Shown here one piece after another: positions 8,822 through 18,578 of a DNA stretch of 64,000 nucleotides. The stretch's first letter is position 1. Every line of letters begins with the position of its first letter. Under the pieces are notes generated by a model. It was not told where the DNA came from and ran no database searches. It worked only from the letters and a program-made list of their open reading frames with translations. The position numbers were made by a program, and so were the translations under genes. The DNA comes from Myxococcota bacterium (lineage in GTDB: Bacteria; Myxococcota_A; UBA796; GCA-2862545): assembly GCA_039208735.1 (NCBI GenBank), contig JBCCQY010000013.1, forward strand, positions 1 through 64,000. The letters run 5' to 3'.

Positions 8822-10999
8822 ATGCGATCGCTCATGTCGGTTCGCGGATTGGCTCTGTTGTTTGCCTTTCTCGGGCCTTTCTTGCTCTGGGGTGGGATCT
8901 ACACCGGTCTGATGGCCTACCAGGACGAAGAACAGGCCATGGCCGCCGCGAATGCCGGACGAGTCCTCAACGCACGGGTCTTTGAACGCGACACCGCCGC
9001 CACGATCGATCGGATCCTCTCTGAAAAGAGGCCGCGGGTACTCGTATTGGGACCAAGCTACGCCCATACCAACGTGCGCCCGGCCGTCCTCGCGGCGAGA
9101 CTCGGCCTCCCTCCGTCCGACGTGGCGCTCATCTCAGTGCCGAACTCGATGGGGGCTCATTGGTACGCCATCTTGAAGTACCGGGTGTTTGACCCAGGCT
9201 ATCGGCCCGACCTGGTGTTGATGGTGACGGGGCTGCAATCCATGTTGCTCACCCGTCCGCTTTCGGAGTCGAGCTTCGTAAACCTGCAGGTCCAGCTGCC
9301 GCCCAAGGGCGATCCGTTGATCGATGCCAAGGTTCGAGGCGGCGCGAGCCTTTGGTGGGCGACCTTGCGCGAGCAGCGCGGAAAAGTTCGAGGCGCGTTC
9401 TTCGACCGCATTCGTGACGGTGCAGTCTTCTGGGCGTCGCCTCAAGACGCGCGCCAGGCACTGGGACGGGTGTTCAACGACGAAAAGATCGACATGCGCC
9501 TTTACAATCACGCAATGCCGGTCGTGGAGAGTGGGTCGGAGCCCGCATTTACCCCCGACCTCCTTCCTTCGCCAGAGGAGGGCTTTCTCGGCGACATCTC
9601 GGCCTTGGGTGACGCGCATGGGGCGCAGGTGGCGTGGGTGCGACCTCCCATGTCGCCCACCATTTCGGCCGAACGGAATGACGTGGCGCCCGAGGGCTTC
9701 CAGGCGCGTGCCCTCGCGGTCGTGAGCCAACAAGGAGGGGCCTACGTCGACCTGCGGCACTTGCGCATGGCGCCTTCGATGTTTCGCAACGAAGACCACA
9801 TGAACAGCGAGGGATCTCGACGCTTTTCCACTGCACTGGCTCGGGTTGTGCGCGAGCGCGGGTGGCTTGGGACGCCAGATTGGGATCCCTGGCCCGTGAC
9901 CGTCGAGGGAGATGCCGCTCTGGCTCCCGGAGAGGGGCTGACGATCGAGGCCGCGACCCCATGGGCCGACGATCGGGGCTCGTTTGCCGTGTGGCTAGCG
10001 GCGGAAAGTGAGGGAGCGACTGCAGATCCTCCGTTCTCGCTGCACCTGGACGGTGTGCCGTTGCCCGTCAATCGAGGGCGGGCCATTCCCCAGCATGGAT
10101 CGACCTGGCAGCAATGGCGGGTGGGAGGCTCAAGGCCCGCCTCCCCAGGTCCCGGCACGATCGTCTTGCGAGCGGACTCGAGTGGACCCGGCGTGCGTGT
10201 CCAGGCCCTTGCCTTGGGGGATCCACCTCGTCAGTACGTGTTGGGCGATGCAGAACGCCTCTGGGGTGTCCGGGCCGACGTGCTTGCCCGGTCACCCCCT
10301 GACGAATGGGGACCCAGCGTCGAGCTTGTGGCCGCGGCTCCGCCCGTGGTACCTGACGCCGAGCGGCCGTTGGACAACCGGCCAGGAGCTGTCGCAGCCC
10401 TTCGTGTGCCCCAGATGGCCTTCTTGTCGGACGAGGTGTTGGAGGCATCCACGCGGTGGTCCGAACGTTGTTCCCCCCTTCGCATCGTCGAGGATGGCAA
10501 GCCGCTGAACGACGCCAACGTTCCCTGCGAGGCGGTCGCAAGCGGGCCCGGCCGGAGCTGCCACACCGCGGAGTCGATTCAATTCAGCGCATCGGATGGC
10601 TCGGATCCGGCCCGCAATGGCCGTCGGTACGAATTGCGGCTCGCGGAGTCTCGGGCGTGTGGCGGTGAACTGTTTGTCTATCCGCAGGACACCCTCCGCT
10701 TCACGGTCGCGGCCTCCTTCCTGGCGCCCCTTACTCGCGGGGTACGCGTTCTAACCCTCGCCGGTCGGCCCCTTCAGCGACGTGCGGGAGAACTCGTCGT
10801 TCGATTGCACGCCGGGTCGCGATTGGTGTTCGAGCGCCGCATCGATGGTCGGACCTTTCATCGCGGAGACATCTTTCTACGCTTTGAAGGAGTCTTTCCC
10901 AGCGATGAGCCTTGGACGATTGAACTCGAGAACCTGAGCGCGACGTTCTACCTGTTGCGCGGCGTCACCCTTTCGGAGCGCTTGCTCAATAAGCCATGA
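8822..10999 (+). CDS. Membrane-anchored SGNH/GDSL-like hydrolase-fold protein
   Basis: N-terminal TM segment, VLVLGPS (GDS-like) and NEDHMNSEG (DxxH-like); the C-terminal half is unassigned. Confidence 0.5.
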   Translation: MRSLMSVRGLALLFAFLGPFLLWGGIYTGLMAYQDEEQAMAAANAGRVLNARVFERDTAATIDRILSEKRPRVLVLGPSYAHTNVRPAVLAARLGLPPSDVALISVPNSMGAHWYAILKYRVFDPGYRPDLVLMVTGLQSMLLTRPLSESSFVNLQVQLPPKGDPLIDAKVRGGASLWWATLREQRGKVRGAFFDRIRDGAVFWASPQDARQALGRVFNDEKIDMRLYNHAMPVVESGSEPAFTPDLLPSPEEGFLGDISALGDAHGAQVAWVRPPMSPTISAERNDVAPEGFQARALAVVSQQGGAYVDLRHLRMAPSMFRNEDHMNSEGSRRFSTALARVVRERGWLGTPDWDPWPVTVEGDAALAPGEGLTIEAATPWADDRGSFAVWLAAESEGATADPPFSLHLDGVPLPVNRGRAIPQHGSTWQQWRVGGSRPASPGPGTIVLRADSSGPGVRVQALALGDPPRQYVLGDAERLWGVRADVLARSPPDEWGPSVELVAAAPPVVPDAERPLDNRPGAVAALRVPQMAFLSDEVLEASTRWSERCSPLRIVEDGKPLNDANVPCEAVASGPGRSCHTAESIQFSASDGSDPARNGRRYELRLAESRACGGELFVYPQDTLRFTVAASFLAPLTRGVRVLTLAGRPLQRRAGELVVRLHAGSRLVFERRIDGRTFHRGDIFLRFEGVFPSDEPWTIELENLSATFYLLRGVTLSERLLNKP

Positions 11000-13865
11000 C
11001 GTCGTCGAGGGTCAGCCGGGTCACCGGTCCGAGCCTTTCGAGCGCGGCGACATCGATGCGGTCGAGGTCTCCTGCAATGGCGAGGATAAAGGGCTGTTCC
11101 TGCAGTCGATCGTACCAGGGTTCGAGGTCTGCGGGGGTCAACGCTTCGAGGGCGGTGATGCGGGTCTCGCGGGGGTCGGCATCAAAGCCCTGTCGATGCC
11201 AGCTTGCGGCCCGCGGGCCGGCTTGGCGGAACGTGAGGCGTTCGGTCCGCAGCTGCTCCAATGCCGCCGTCTTCGCCCGCGTGTAGCGCGCCGGATCAGG
11301 GTTCGGCGGTCGCATAAGCTTCGTGACCAGGGCCGCGGCCCCTGCGGTCTTGTCCGCCTGGGTGCCTAGTCCTGCCCAAAGGTAGCCTTGATCACCAGGT
11401 TCTGCGGGTGAGCGGTATCCGCCGGACGCCGAATAGGCGAAGCCACGGGATTCTCGAACTTCCTGAAACACGAGACCTGCGCTGCCTCCGAGCACCTCCG
11501 CGAGCCATCGATGCTCCATCTGGCGGTCCCCATCAAAGACATCGCCCGGCACATAGAGCCGAACGGTGGACTGGATGGCTTCGACGTTGAGCAGCAGCAC
11601 CTGCGGGCCATCCGGACGGTTCACCCGGAACCGAGGGCGATCCTGTGCGGACTGAAAGGTTCGTTCGGCGGGAGCCACCGCGGCCCGGACCTCGTCGAAG
11701 GGGCGAACCCCGACGTAGAACATCTCAGCCTGGGTGTTCCACACCTCAACCAGCTTGGCCTGCAGGTCTGCTTCCCGAAGCGATCGAAGGGCGGTGTCAC
11801 TCATGACGGCAAACAGGAACGGGCTCTCGGCCCCCTGCAAGGCGAAGCTTGTCAGCGCCTGGGCCTGCGTGGTGCTCTTGGTCTTGGCGTCACGGCGACT
11901 CTGAATCACGTCTTCGACGATGCGACTGAGCTTTCCGGGATCGACCCGAGGGGACCGGATGCGCTCTGCAATGCGAGCAAGGGCCTCGTCGAACTGGTTT
12001 TCTTCACCGCTAATGGTGAGCTCCGACTGGTAACGCCCGCACGACGCCGAGATGCGAATGCCGCGGTCGTACCGCCATCGCTCGAAGGCGGCCAGATCAT
12101 CGTCGCCGGCCCCCGATTGCTCAAACAGACGCCATGCTTCGCACAGGCCGGGGTCGGTGGCTCGGCCTCGGTTCCACCGCCATGTGATGGAAAACAGGTC
12201 GGAGTAGGGATTCGGGGTGGCGTAGAGGCGGCCGGCAGGCGTTTCGAGCGTCGTGTAGTCTCGACCCTCCACCAGGGTCTCCGGCGCGACGTCGTCGGCC
12301 GGCAGCGCCACGATGGTCTCGTAGAAGGCGGAATGCGCGCTCGTATTGAGCTGGACCGGGGGCAGCTTTGGAGCTGAGATGGTCGGGATGTTTGGCGTTC
12401 CCGTCTCTTTGCGAATGACCACCCGTCCATCGCCAAGGTAGTCCTGGACTACGCGTAGCACGTCGTCGGGGGCAACCTCGGCCATCCGATCCGAGAACCC
12501 GAGCACCTGGTCGAGGCCCACGTCGTACTGAACCGCGGCGGTGAGCAGGTTGACCCGTCGGCCATTGCTCTCGCGGTCGACCTTGTCGCCGATCCGGGAC
12601 TGGCGCACGATGGCGGCCATATCGTCGCGGCTGAAGTCGCCTTGGCGAAGGTCCTCCACCGCGCGGTCCAACATCGCCACCACATCGTCGAGCGGCTGCC
12701 CTTCGCGCGGGCGCCCCGTCAGGTAGAACAGCCCCACTCGGGTCTGATGCCACGCCCCGGCCGTGGCCCGACGCAGGCGTTTGGGCTGGAGCAAGGTGCG
12801 GTCGAGAATGCCGGTAGCCCCGTTCGACAGGAGGCTGCGGGCCATGACGAGCGGCAGGTGATCGGGATGCCCATAGGGCACGGTCGGCCATCCGATCAGG
12901 ACCTCGGGAGCCCCTTGGTGCACCAGATCGACGCGTTGCTCCACGTCGATGGGCGTGAGAGCAATGGCGGGCCTGGGGGGCGCTTGTCCGCGAGGGAGGG
13001 AGCCGAGTTCGGCTTCGAGCAGGGCGATGGCGTCGTTGGGGTCGAAATCGCCGGCCAGGACCACCGCCATATTGGACGGAACGTACCAATTGCGAAAAAA
13101 GGCCTCGGTCTTCGAAACCGAAGGATTCTTCAGGTGCTCGATTTTACCCAGGGTGGGTACGGCGTACGGCGTGTTCGCGAAGATGACGTCGGTCAACGCA
13201 CGAAGGATGGCTCGGTCTGGATTGTCGAGCGACCGGTTCTTTTCTTCGTAGACCGTCTCGACTTCGGTCTGGAACGACCGGAACACGGGTGAACGAAAAC
13301 GATCGGATTCGATCTTCGCCCATTGTTCGAAACGGGGTGCAGGAAAGTCGACGACGTACGCGGTAATGTCGCGATTGGTGAATGCGTTGAGTCCGCGGCC
13401 CCCCAACCGGCCCCAAAGCTGCTTCAGCTCGTTTTGAACCGCGTACTGGTTGGCCCGAGCGGCGGCCTTGGCGATGCGGTGGTACACGTCGGCCCGGCCT
13501 GCTTCATCCGAGGTTTCGAACAACTCGTCGTACAGGGCGCGAACCTCGTCGAGATGGGGTTTCTCGGCGGCCCAATTCGTGGTCCCGAGCTGCTGTGTGC
13601 CCTTGTTGGCAAGGAGGTGCTCGAGGTAGTGAGCGAGACCGGTCGCATCCCGCGGTTCGTCAGCAGAGCCTGCTCGGACCACGATTCGGGCCGAGACGCG
13701 CGCCGTTCCAGGATTGGGGGACAGGAGCACCCGCAGACCGTTGGTGAGCGTGTGCTCGACGACGGGAAAGGGGCGGGAAGAGGGATCAGATTCTGCAGCA
13801 GTGAGGCTCATGGACTTCGCACATCCCGCGACGACGAGGAAAACGACACACCACCACCATCGCAC
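10986..13865 (-). CDS. M16 family (insulinase/pitrilysin-like) zinc peptidase, lipoprotein
   Basis: NGLRV, TGLAHYLEH (HxxEH), NAFT and VRESRGFAYS; lipobox VAGC; GGAGG RBS before GTG 13865. Confidence 0.9.
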   Translation of the reverse strand: MRWWWCVVFLVVAGCAKSMSLTAAESDPSSRPFPVVEHTLTNGLRVLLSPNPGTARVSARIVVRAGSADEPRDATGLAHYLEHLLANKGTQQLGTTNWAAEKPHLDEVRALYDELFETSDEAGRADVYHRIAKAAARANQYAVQNELKQLWGRLGGRGLNAFTNRDITAYVVDFPAPRFEQWAKIESDRFRSPVFRSFQTEVETVYEEKNRSLDNPDRAILRALTDVIFANTPYAVPTLGKIEHLKNPSVSKTEAFFRNWYVPSNMAVVLAGDFDPNDAIALLEAELGSLPRGQAPPRPAIALTPIDVEQRVDLVHQGAPEVLIGWPTVPYGHPDHLPLVMARSLLSNGATGILDRTLLQPKRLRRATAGAWHQTRVGLFYLTGRPREGQPLDDVVAMLDRAVEDLRQGDFSRDDMAAIVRQSRIGDKVDRESNGRRVNLLTAAVQYDVGLDQVLGFSDRMAEVAPDDVLRVVQDYLGDGRVVIRKETGTPNIPTISAPKLPPVQLNTSAHSAFYETIVALPADDVAPETLVEGRDYTTLETPAGRLYATPNPYSDLFSITWRWNRGRATDPGLCEAWRLFEQSGAGDDDLAAFERWRYDRGIRISASCGRYQSELTISGEENQFDEALARIAERIRSPRVDPGKLSRIVEDVIQSRRDAKTKSTTQAQALTSFALQGAESPFLFAVMSDTALRSLREADLQAKLVEVWNTQAEMFYVGVRPFDEVRAAVAPAERTFQSAQDRPRFRVNRPDGPQVLLLNVEAIQSTVRLYVPGDVFDGDRQMEHRWLAEVLGGSAGLVFQEVRESRGFAYSASGGYRSPAEPGDQGYLWAGLGTQADKTAGAAALVTKLMRPPNPDPARYTRAKTAALEQLRTERLTFRQAGPRAASWHRQGFDADPRETRITALEALTPADLEPWYDRLQEQPFILAIAGDLDRIDVAALERLGPVTRLTLDDVMAY

Positions 13866-13921
13866 GACGGACCTCCACAGCCAACGTACGCCCTTCACGC
13901 CTGAGGCGTTAGCTCCCGGGC

Positions 13922-14830
13922 ATGGAACACGTTTTACTCGTGGGGGCGACGTCCCAGCTCGGTCGTGCATTGCTCGAGGTCCTCCTGGGTCGCGAAGTTC
14001 GAGTACGGGCGTTGGTTCGACGTCGCCCTGAGGTGCCTTTGCCCTCGGTTGTGGAGGTGGTGCACGGGGACCTCATGGTCCCTTCGACGCTGCCTGCCGC
14101 ATGTCGAGGCATGGAGGGAGTCATCTCGATCGCGGGCGCACCCCTGCTCCCCTGGTGGACGCCCCCGTCGTTGACCTTCGATCGCATCGACCATCTCGGC
14201 ACTCGCGCCCTCGCCTTGGCGGCGAAAGCGGATGGCGTTCGACGCTTCGTCTACCTCTCGGTGGCGGGAGATTACCCTTCTGGCCTCGAATATGTGGATG
14301 CCCATCGCCGAGGCGAGCAGGCCATTGCGGCGACCGGGCTTGAAACCTTGGTGGTGCGGGCCACGGGGTTCCATGGGACCTTGGCTCCGTTGGTGGATTT
14401 GGCGCGCACGGGCGTCCTTCCCGTGCCAGGGAGCGGCAAGGTTCGCACGAACCCGATTGCCGAGCGTGACCTGGCCAACATCCTGGCCGATCAGCTCGCC
14501 GCTCCTCCGGGCACTACCGCGGTCGGGGGCCCCGAGGTGCTCACCCGGCGCGAGATCGCGGAGCGCGCCTTTGAGGCGATCGGACGCCCCCCGCGCATCG
14601 TGTCACCCCCCACAGGGCTCATGCGGTTGGGGTCTCGATTCCTCGATCTGGTGAACCCTCGACTGGCCGACATTGGGTCGTTCGTCGCACACTTGCACGA
14701 CCACGACGGCATTGCTCCCTGTGTAGGCACGATCCCCCTGCTTGAGAGCTTTCGGGAATACGCTCGAGGACCGAGCGCGGCTGCGGGGTCCACACCCCCC
14801 GCGTCGCCTGGCGTCGAGGAGGGTGCATGA
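13922..14830 (+). CDS. Atypical SDR / NAD(P)H-binding oxidoreductase (NmrA-like)
   Basis: VLLVGATSQLG Rossmann motif, VRALVR, GVRRFVYLS and GGPEVLT. Confidence 0.85.
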   Translation: MEHVLLVGATSQLGRALLEVLLGREVRVRALVRRRPEVPLPSVVEVVHGDLMVPSTLPAACRGMEGVISIAGAPLLPWWTPPSLTFDRIDHLGTRALALAAKADGVRRFVYLSVAGDYPSGLEYVDAHRRGEQAIAATGLETLVVRATGFHGTLAPLVDLARTGVLPVPGSGKVRTNPIAERDLANILADQLAAPPGTTAVGGPEVLTRREIAERAFEAIGRPPRIVSPPTGLMRLGSRFLDLVNPRLADIGSFVAHLHDHDGIAPCVGTIPLLESFREYARGPSAAAGSTPPASPGVEEGA

Positions 14831-15375
14831 TCCTGTTCTGGGCGATGTCGTTTGGGCTTGCGGGAGAGCCTCTGGTCACCGAGGGCTTCGAAGCCGCAAA
14901 AGCGCGTCACTTGCGTGTCCAATCCGTCAGCATGGGGGTGCTGGCGTCATGGTCGGTCGTCAACCTTGGCGTGGGCGGGGTCGGTGCGGTGATCGCAGAG
15001 TCCCCTCGACAGGAGGGGTTCTGGGCCGGCAACGCAGGCTGGAACCTTGTGAACCTCGGCATCGCGACCTCTGGTCTGGCGTCCGTAGGCGCCAAACGAA
15101 CGTCCATCACCACGGGACCCCAGCTCCTCAAGGCGCAGAACAACCTCGAGCGTGCTCTGCTCGTCAACATCGGGCTCGACGTGGCCTACATGATGGCCGG
15201 CCTCGCGGTTCGAGAACGAGGGTTGCGCGTCGAGGACCCTAGGTTGCAGGGGTTTGGCGACGCGTTGCTCGTGCAGGGAGGGTTTCTCTTTGTCTTCGAC
15301 ATCGGGGCGTTCGCCGCGAGCCGTCGATCCAGACGTCGGGACGTCTACCAACCCTTCTCGAGTACCCGTCCGTAG
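14827..15375 (+). CDS. Hypothetical membrane protein (resembles DUF6992-type proteins)
   Basis: Several hydrophobic segments, NAGWNLVNLGIA, NIGLDVAY and QGGFLFVFD; ATGA overlap with the upstream gene. Confidence 0.6.
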   Translation: MILFWAMSFGLAGEPLVTEGFEAAKARHLRVQSVSMGVLASWSVVNLGVGGVGAVIAESPRQEGFWAGNAGWNLVNLGIATSGLASVGAKRTSITTGPQLLKAQNNLERALLVNIGLDVAYMMAGLAVRERGLRVEDPRLQGFGDALLVQGGFLFVFDIGAFAASRRSRRRDVYQPFSSTRP

Positions 15376-16580
15376 AACCCGTCTGACCCGTCGGTGTGAG
15401 GCGCCGTCCGCAGGGCTTCGCCTACCGGTTCGAAGCTCGGGTGGCGGGCAAGGAATCGCTCGACGACCGCGTCGTTTTCGGCCCGCAGCACCGAGCAGGT
15501 GCCGTAGATCAGGCGGCCCCCTTCCGCGACCAGGCTCGCCGCTCGAGTGAGGATGTTGCCCTGTAGTTCGGCCTGTTTGCTGACCGTACTGCGCTCGATG
15601 AGGTAGCGGTGTTCCGGATGACGCCGAAGCACCCCCGTTCCTGTGCAAGGCGCATCGACCAACACGCAGTCCGCCCGCAACCCAGCCACTTCCGGAGGTA
15701 GCGGACCGCGCGTGGCGATGCGGGTGACCGCAATGTGGGCGCCGGCCCGACTGGCGCGGCGATCCAACTCTTCGAGCGCTTCCGCCCGCACATCAAGGGC
15801 GGTGACGTGCGCCCCCTTCGCGGCGATAGCCAGGGATTTCCCGCCGGCTCCTGCACAAAAGTCCACGACCGTTTGCCCATCGGCGATGGGCTCGACGAGG
15901 TTGGCGAGGCGTTGGGATCCTTCGTCCTGCACTTCAAACCAACCGTCTTTGAAACTGGCCAGCGCTTCAAGGTTGTGGCGGCCTTCGACGATCAGGCCCT
16001 CGGGCGCATGAGGCGTCGGGGCCGTCGTGATGCCCTCGCCCTCGAGCCGCTCGATGAGGGCATCCCTCGTGCATCGCAGGCGATTGGCCCGGAGGGTGAG
16101 GGGGCCACGTTGGTCGCTAGCCACCATGAAGGCCTCGGCATCCGATCCGAGGCTTTTGACGATCCGCTTGGCCAGGTGGTCGGGCAGGCTGTGCCGGAGC
16201 GCGAGCCGGGTCGCCGGAGGTCCTCCGACGCCCAGCGCATCGAACTCCTCCTCGAGGCCGTGCCATGGACCGGGCAGCGCATCGTTGGCCACTTCGGGAT
16301 CGAGGCCTTCCAGCACGAGCCAGCCCGTCCACAACGCAACCGGCGCATCCGTACCGAGAATGGTTCCAAGCCCTCGTTGCCGCCGCACCAGCCCGAACAA
16401 CCCCTCCTGAAAGAGCCGTCGTTCGCGGGAATGAAGGTGCTTGAATCGCCGGCCCGCCGAGCGAAGCACCGGGCCCGATCGGCGAGGTTCCTGACGAACG
16501 CGGGCCCAGGTCTTCAACACGGCGTCCCGGATTCGCCCCGGACCGACCGCCTTCGTCAGTAATCGGGGGTCGAATCGCAC
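15345..16580 (-). CDS. RsmB/NOP family SAM-dependent RNA m5C methyltransferase
   Basis: EVQDEGSQ, DFCAGAGGKS, VLVDAPCTGTG and YGTCS. GTG 16580 is adjacent to the arfB stop. Confidence 0.9.
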   Translation of the reverse strand: MRFDPRLLTKAVGPGRIRDAVLKTWARVRQEPRRSGPVLRSAGRRFKHLHSRERRLFQEGLFGLVRRQRGLGTILGTDAPVALWTGWLVLEGLDPEVANDALPGPWHGLEEEFDALGVGGPPATRLALRHSLPDHLAKRIVKSLGSDAEAFMVASDQRGPLTLRANRLRCTRDALIERLEGEGITTAPTPHAPEGLIVEGRHNLEALASFKDGWFEVQDEGSQRLANLVEPIADGQTVVDFCAGAGGKSLAIAAKGAHVTALDVRAEALEELDRRASRAGAHIAVTRIATRGPLPPEVAGLRADCVLVDAPCTGTGVLRRHPEHRYLIERSTVSKQAELQGNILTRAASLVAEGGRLIYGTCSVLRAENDAVVERFLARHPSFEPVGEALRTAPHTDGSDGFYGRVLEKGW

Positions 16581-16581
16581 C

Positions 16582-17004
16582 TTAGTCCTCGCGTACTCGT
16601 CCGCGGAGCTGCTTTTTCTGTCCGCGTTGCTTTTTGGCATTGACGCGGCGCCGCTGGGATCCGCGGGTGGGGCGGGTTGCGCGACGTGGCTTTTCAACCA
16701 CCAACGCTGCCTTCAGGGTGGCCGCGAGGCGATCCCTGACATCTTCACGGTTCCGAAGTTGGGAACGAAAGCGGCTGCTGTGAAGCACCAAGTCGCCATC
16801 GGTGGTCAGGCGGGAGGCCAAGCGCTCGAGCCAGCGCGCCACGATCGAGGGACGGACCGAGCTGTTCGACACGTTGAAGCGTACCGTGACCTTGGAGGCC
16901 GTGGTGTTGACGTGCTGTCCGCCTGGTCCAGGAGCCCGGCTGGCGGTAAACGTGAGTTCATGGCCGGGAATGATGACGCCAGGTTGGATTTCGAGGTCGT
17001 TCAT
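16582..17004 (-). CDS. arfB: Alternative ribosome rescue peptidyl-tRNA hydrolase ArfB (YaeJ)
   Basis: GPGGQHVN (GGQ), RSQLRNRE and a basic C-terminal tail RRATRPTRGS...KK. Confidence 0.93.
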   Translation of the reverse strand: MNDLEIQPGVIIPGHELTFTASRAPGPGGQHVNTTASKVTVRFNVSNSSVRPSIVARWLERLASRLTTDGDLVLHSSRFRSQLRNREDVRDRLAATLKAALVVEKPRRATRPTRGSQRRRVNAKKQRGQKKQLRGRVRED

Positions 17005-17011
17005 CGGGCGG

Positions 17012-17992
17012 CTACCACCGCCACCACGAGCTTCGAGCCGGTCGCATGGCTCGCTCGACCCGTTCGTAGATCTCGAGTTCGGGATTGATGCGCCGGGCGC
17101 GTTTGAGGAGCCGGCGGGCTTGGCCAAGGTCGCCCTTGGTCGCCATGAGCCGCGCCTGGTGGGCGAGCAGCCCTGGGGACCGGTCAAGGTAGGCGCCCGT
17201 TCGCTCCAACAGCTGGCGGATCTCCTGATCCCGATCTTCGCGTTCGAGGTGATCGCAGAGGCGTTCGGCCACCTGACACGCGATGGCCGCAGACTGGTCG
17301 TCGACCCCGTCTGCGGCCAGAACCCTTAGGGCTTCGTCCTGGGCCTGACCGCGTCGCTGGAGTTCAAGCATGAGCTGAGCCTTGCGGGCCCGAATGTTGT
17401 GTTGGCCCTGATTCTTTCGCAAGGCCTTGTCGTAGGCATCGACCGCCGCGCCTAGCATGTTCGATGCGTGCAACTGCTGACCGTAGCTCGCCCAGGCCAC
17501 GGCCGATGGGTCTTGGGTGCCTTCGACCCAGCGTTTGGCGTCATCGAGAGCGTGCTGTGGCTCCCCGATCGCCGAAAGGAGCCAGATGCGAAGCGCGCGA
17601 GCGACTTCGCCTTGGTCGTGCTCGTTGATGGCCGCTGCTGCAGTGGCGAGCTTGAGGGCAAGCAATCGCCGGCCCATTCGACTGGCTTGACGGGCGGCTT
17701 CGAGGTGGGTCGCGCCAGGATGGATGATGGCGCGAAGCTCGAGGTGCACTTGCACATCCTCATCGCGCGTCAGGCCGCAATTGCCGCAGCGATCGACATC
17801 TCGCCGATGGCCGCAATTCCAGCAATGCCCAGGCGCCAGCGGGGCCAGCGGAGGTTCCCAATCCTCTTCGGCATTGGGCGTCCCGCACACCTGGCACTGC
17901 AGCACATCGACGGGGATCCGACCCTTGCGAAGGGTCAGCCATCGGAGTTGATCTGAGCTGCACTTGAGGCAATTCGTCCGGGTCGTGCTCAC
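17012..17992 (-). CDS. Zinc-ribbon plus tetratricopeptide-repeat protein
   Basis: Four CxxC pairs in the first ~72 aa, followed by TPR-like helices (AVDAYDKAL, ARRLLKRARRINP). Confidence 0.65.
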   Translation of the reverse strand: MSTTRTNCLKCSSDQLRWLTLRKGRIPVDVLQCQVCGTPNAEEDWEPPLAPLAPGHCWNCGHRRDVDRCGNCGLTRDEDVQVHLELRAIIHPGATHLEAARQASRMGRRLLALKLATAAAAINEHDQGEVARALRIWLLSAIGEPQHALDDAKRWVEGTQDPSAVAWASYGQQLHASNMLGAAVDAYDKALRKNQGQHNIRARKAQLMLELQRRGQAQDEALRVLAADGVDDQSAAIACQVAERLCDHLEREDRDQEIRQLLERTGAYLDRSPGLLAHQARLMATKGDLGQARRLLKRARRINPELEIYERVERAMRPARSSWWRW

Positions 17993-18037
17993 GCCCCCTC
18001 ACGCTCCGTGCTCGTCCGGTCCGAGGCCCCAAAAAGT

Positions 18038-18236
18038 GGGCCTGGGGCACGAGCCGCCGTACCCTAACCCGAGGTTGGAGGATTCGGGTCGTCGGTTGGA
18101 CCGCGACCTTATACGCTGGCCGCGTCCCCGGTCGGTAACGTGGGAGCGCACGTGTCCTCCACCCCTCGTCCCGGTTCTCGAAAGAAGACGCGCACACCAC
18201 GGTCTCGCGGCGCGCGCTCTGAAATTCCCCAGGCCC
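18038..18236 (-). ncRNA. Candidate structured non-coding RNA (~200 nt; possibly 6S-like)
   Basis: Perfect 10-bp terminal complement GGGCCTGGGG/CCCCAGGCCC, nested inner stems, a UUCG-capped hairpin and a U-run 3' of the closing stem; no credible ORF. Confidence 0.45.
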
Positions 18237-18261
18237 CGCCTGCCTTTCCGTCGATTCCTGT

Positions 18262-18277
18262 TGGCACCCATCTCGCA
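18262..18277 (+). promoter_or_regulatory. Putative sigma-54 (-24/-12) promoter
   Basis: TGGCAC-CCATC-TCGCA with exact GG-N10-GC spacing, in an intergenic region. Confidence 0.45.
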
Positions 18278-18558
18278 TCGCAGCTCGACCGTGCGCCCAT
18301 CGCTATCGCGAGGTCCCCGGCTCGCACCCGCCATACCCCGATCCCCGAGGGGCCTGAACCCCAGGTAGCGGAGGATGGACTCTCTCCTCGCGATCTTCAA
18401 GCGGTGGCCGCGGGGCTTGGATGCATCGCAGCGTTGGCGGTGGGTACCGCGTTGGTCGGCGTTGTGACTGCATTCACGCTGTGGTCGGGGTGGACGGGCC
18501 ATTGATCCTGGCAATGCGCATGACCGTTCACGATGCCATGCGAATCGCAGCCTAGGCA

Positions 18559-18578
18559 ACAAATACACATTCATTTGT
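18559..18578. promoter_or_regulatory. AT-rich palindrome, putative transcription-factor site upstream of prkA
   Basis: ACAAAT-N8-ATTTGT in a GC-rich background. Confidence 0.35.

Noticed and set aside
18038..18236. tRNA, tmRNA or SRP identity for the structured element
   Set aside because: No T-loop or CCA end, no tag reading frame, and no SRP GGAAGG-AAGCAG domain IV.
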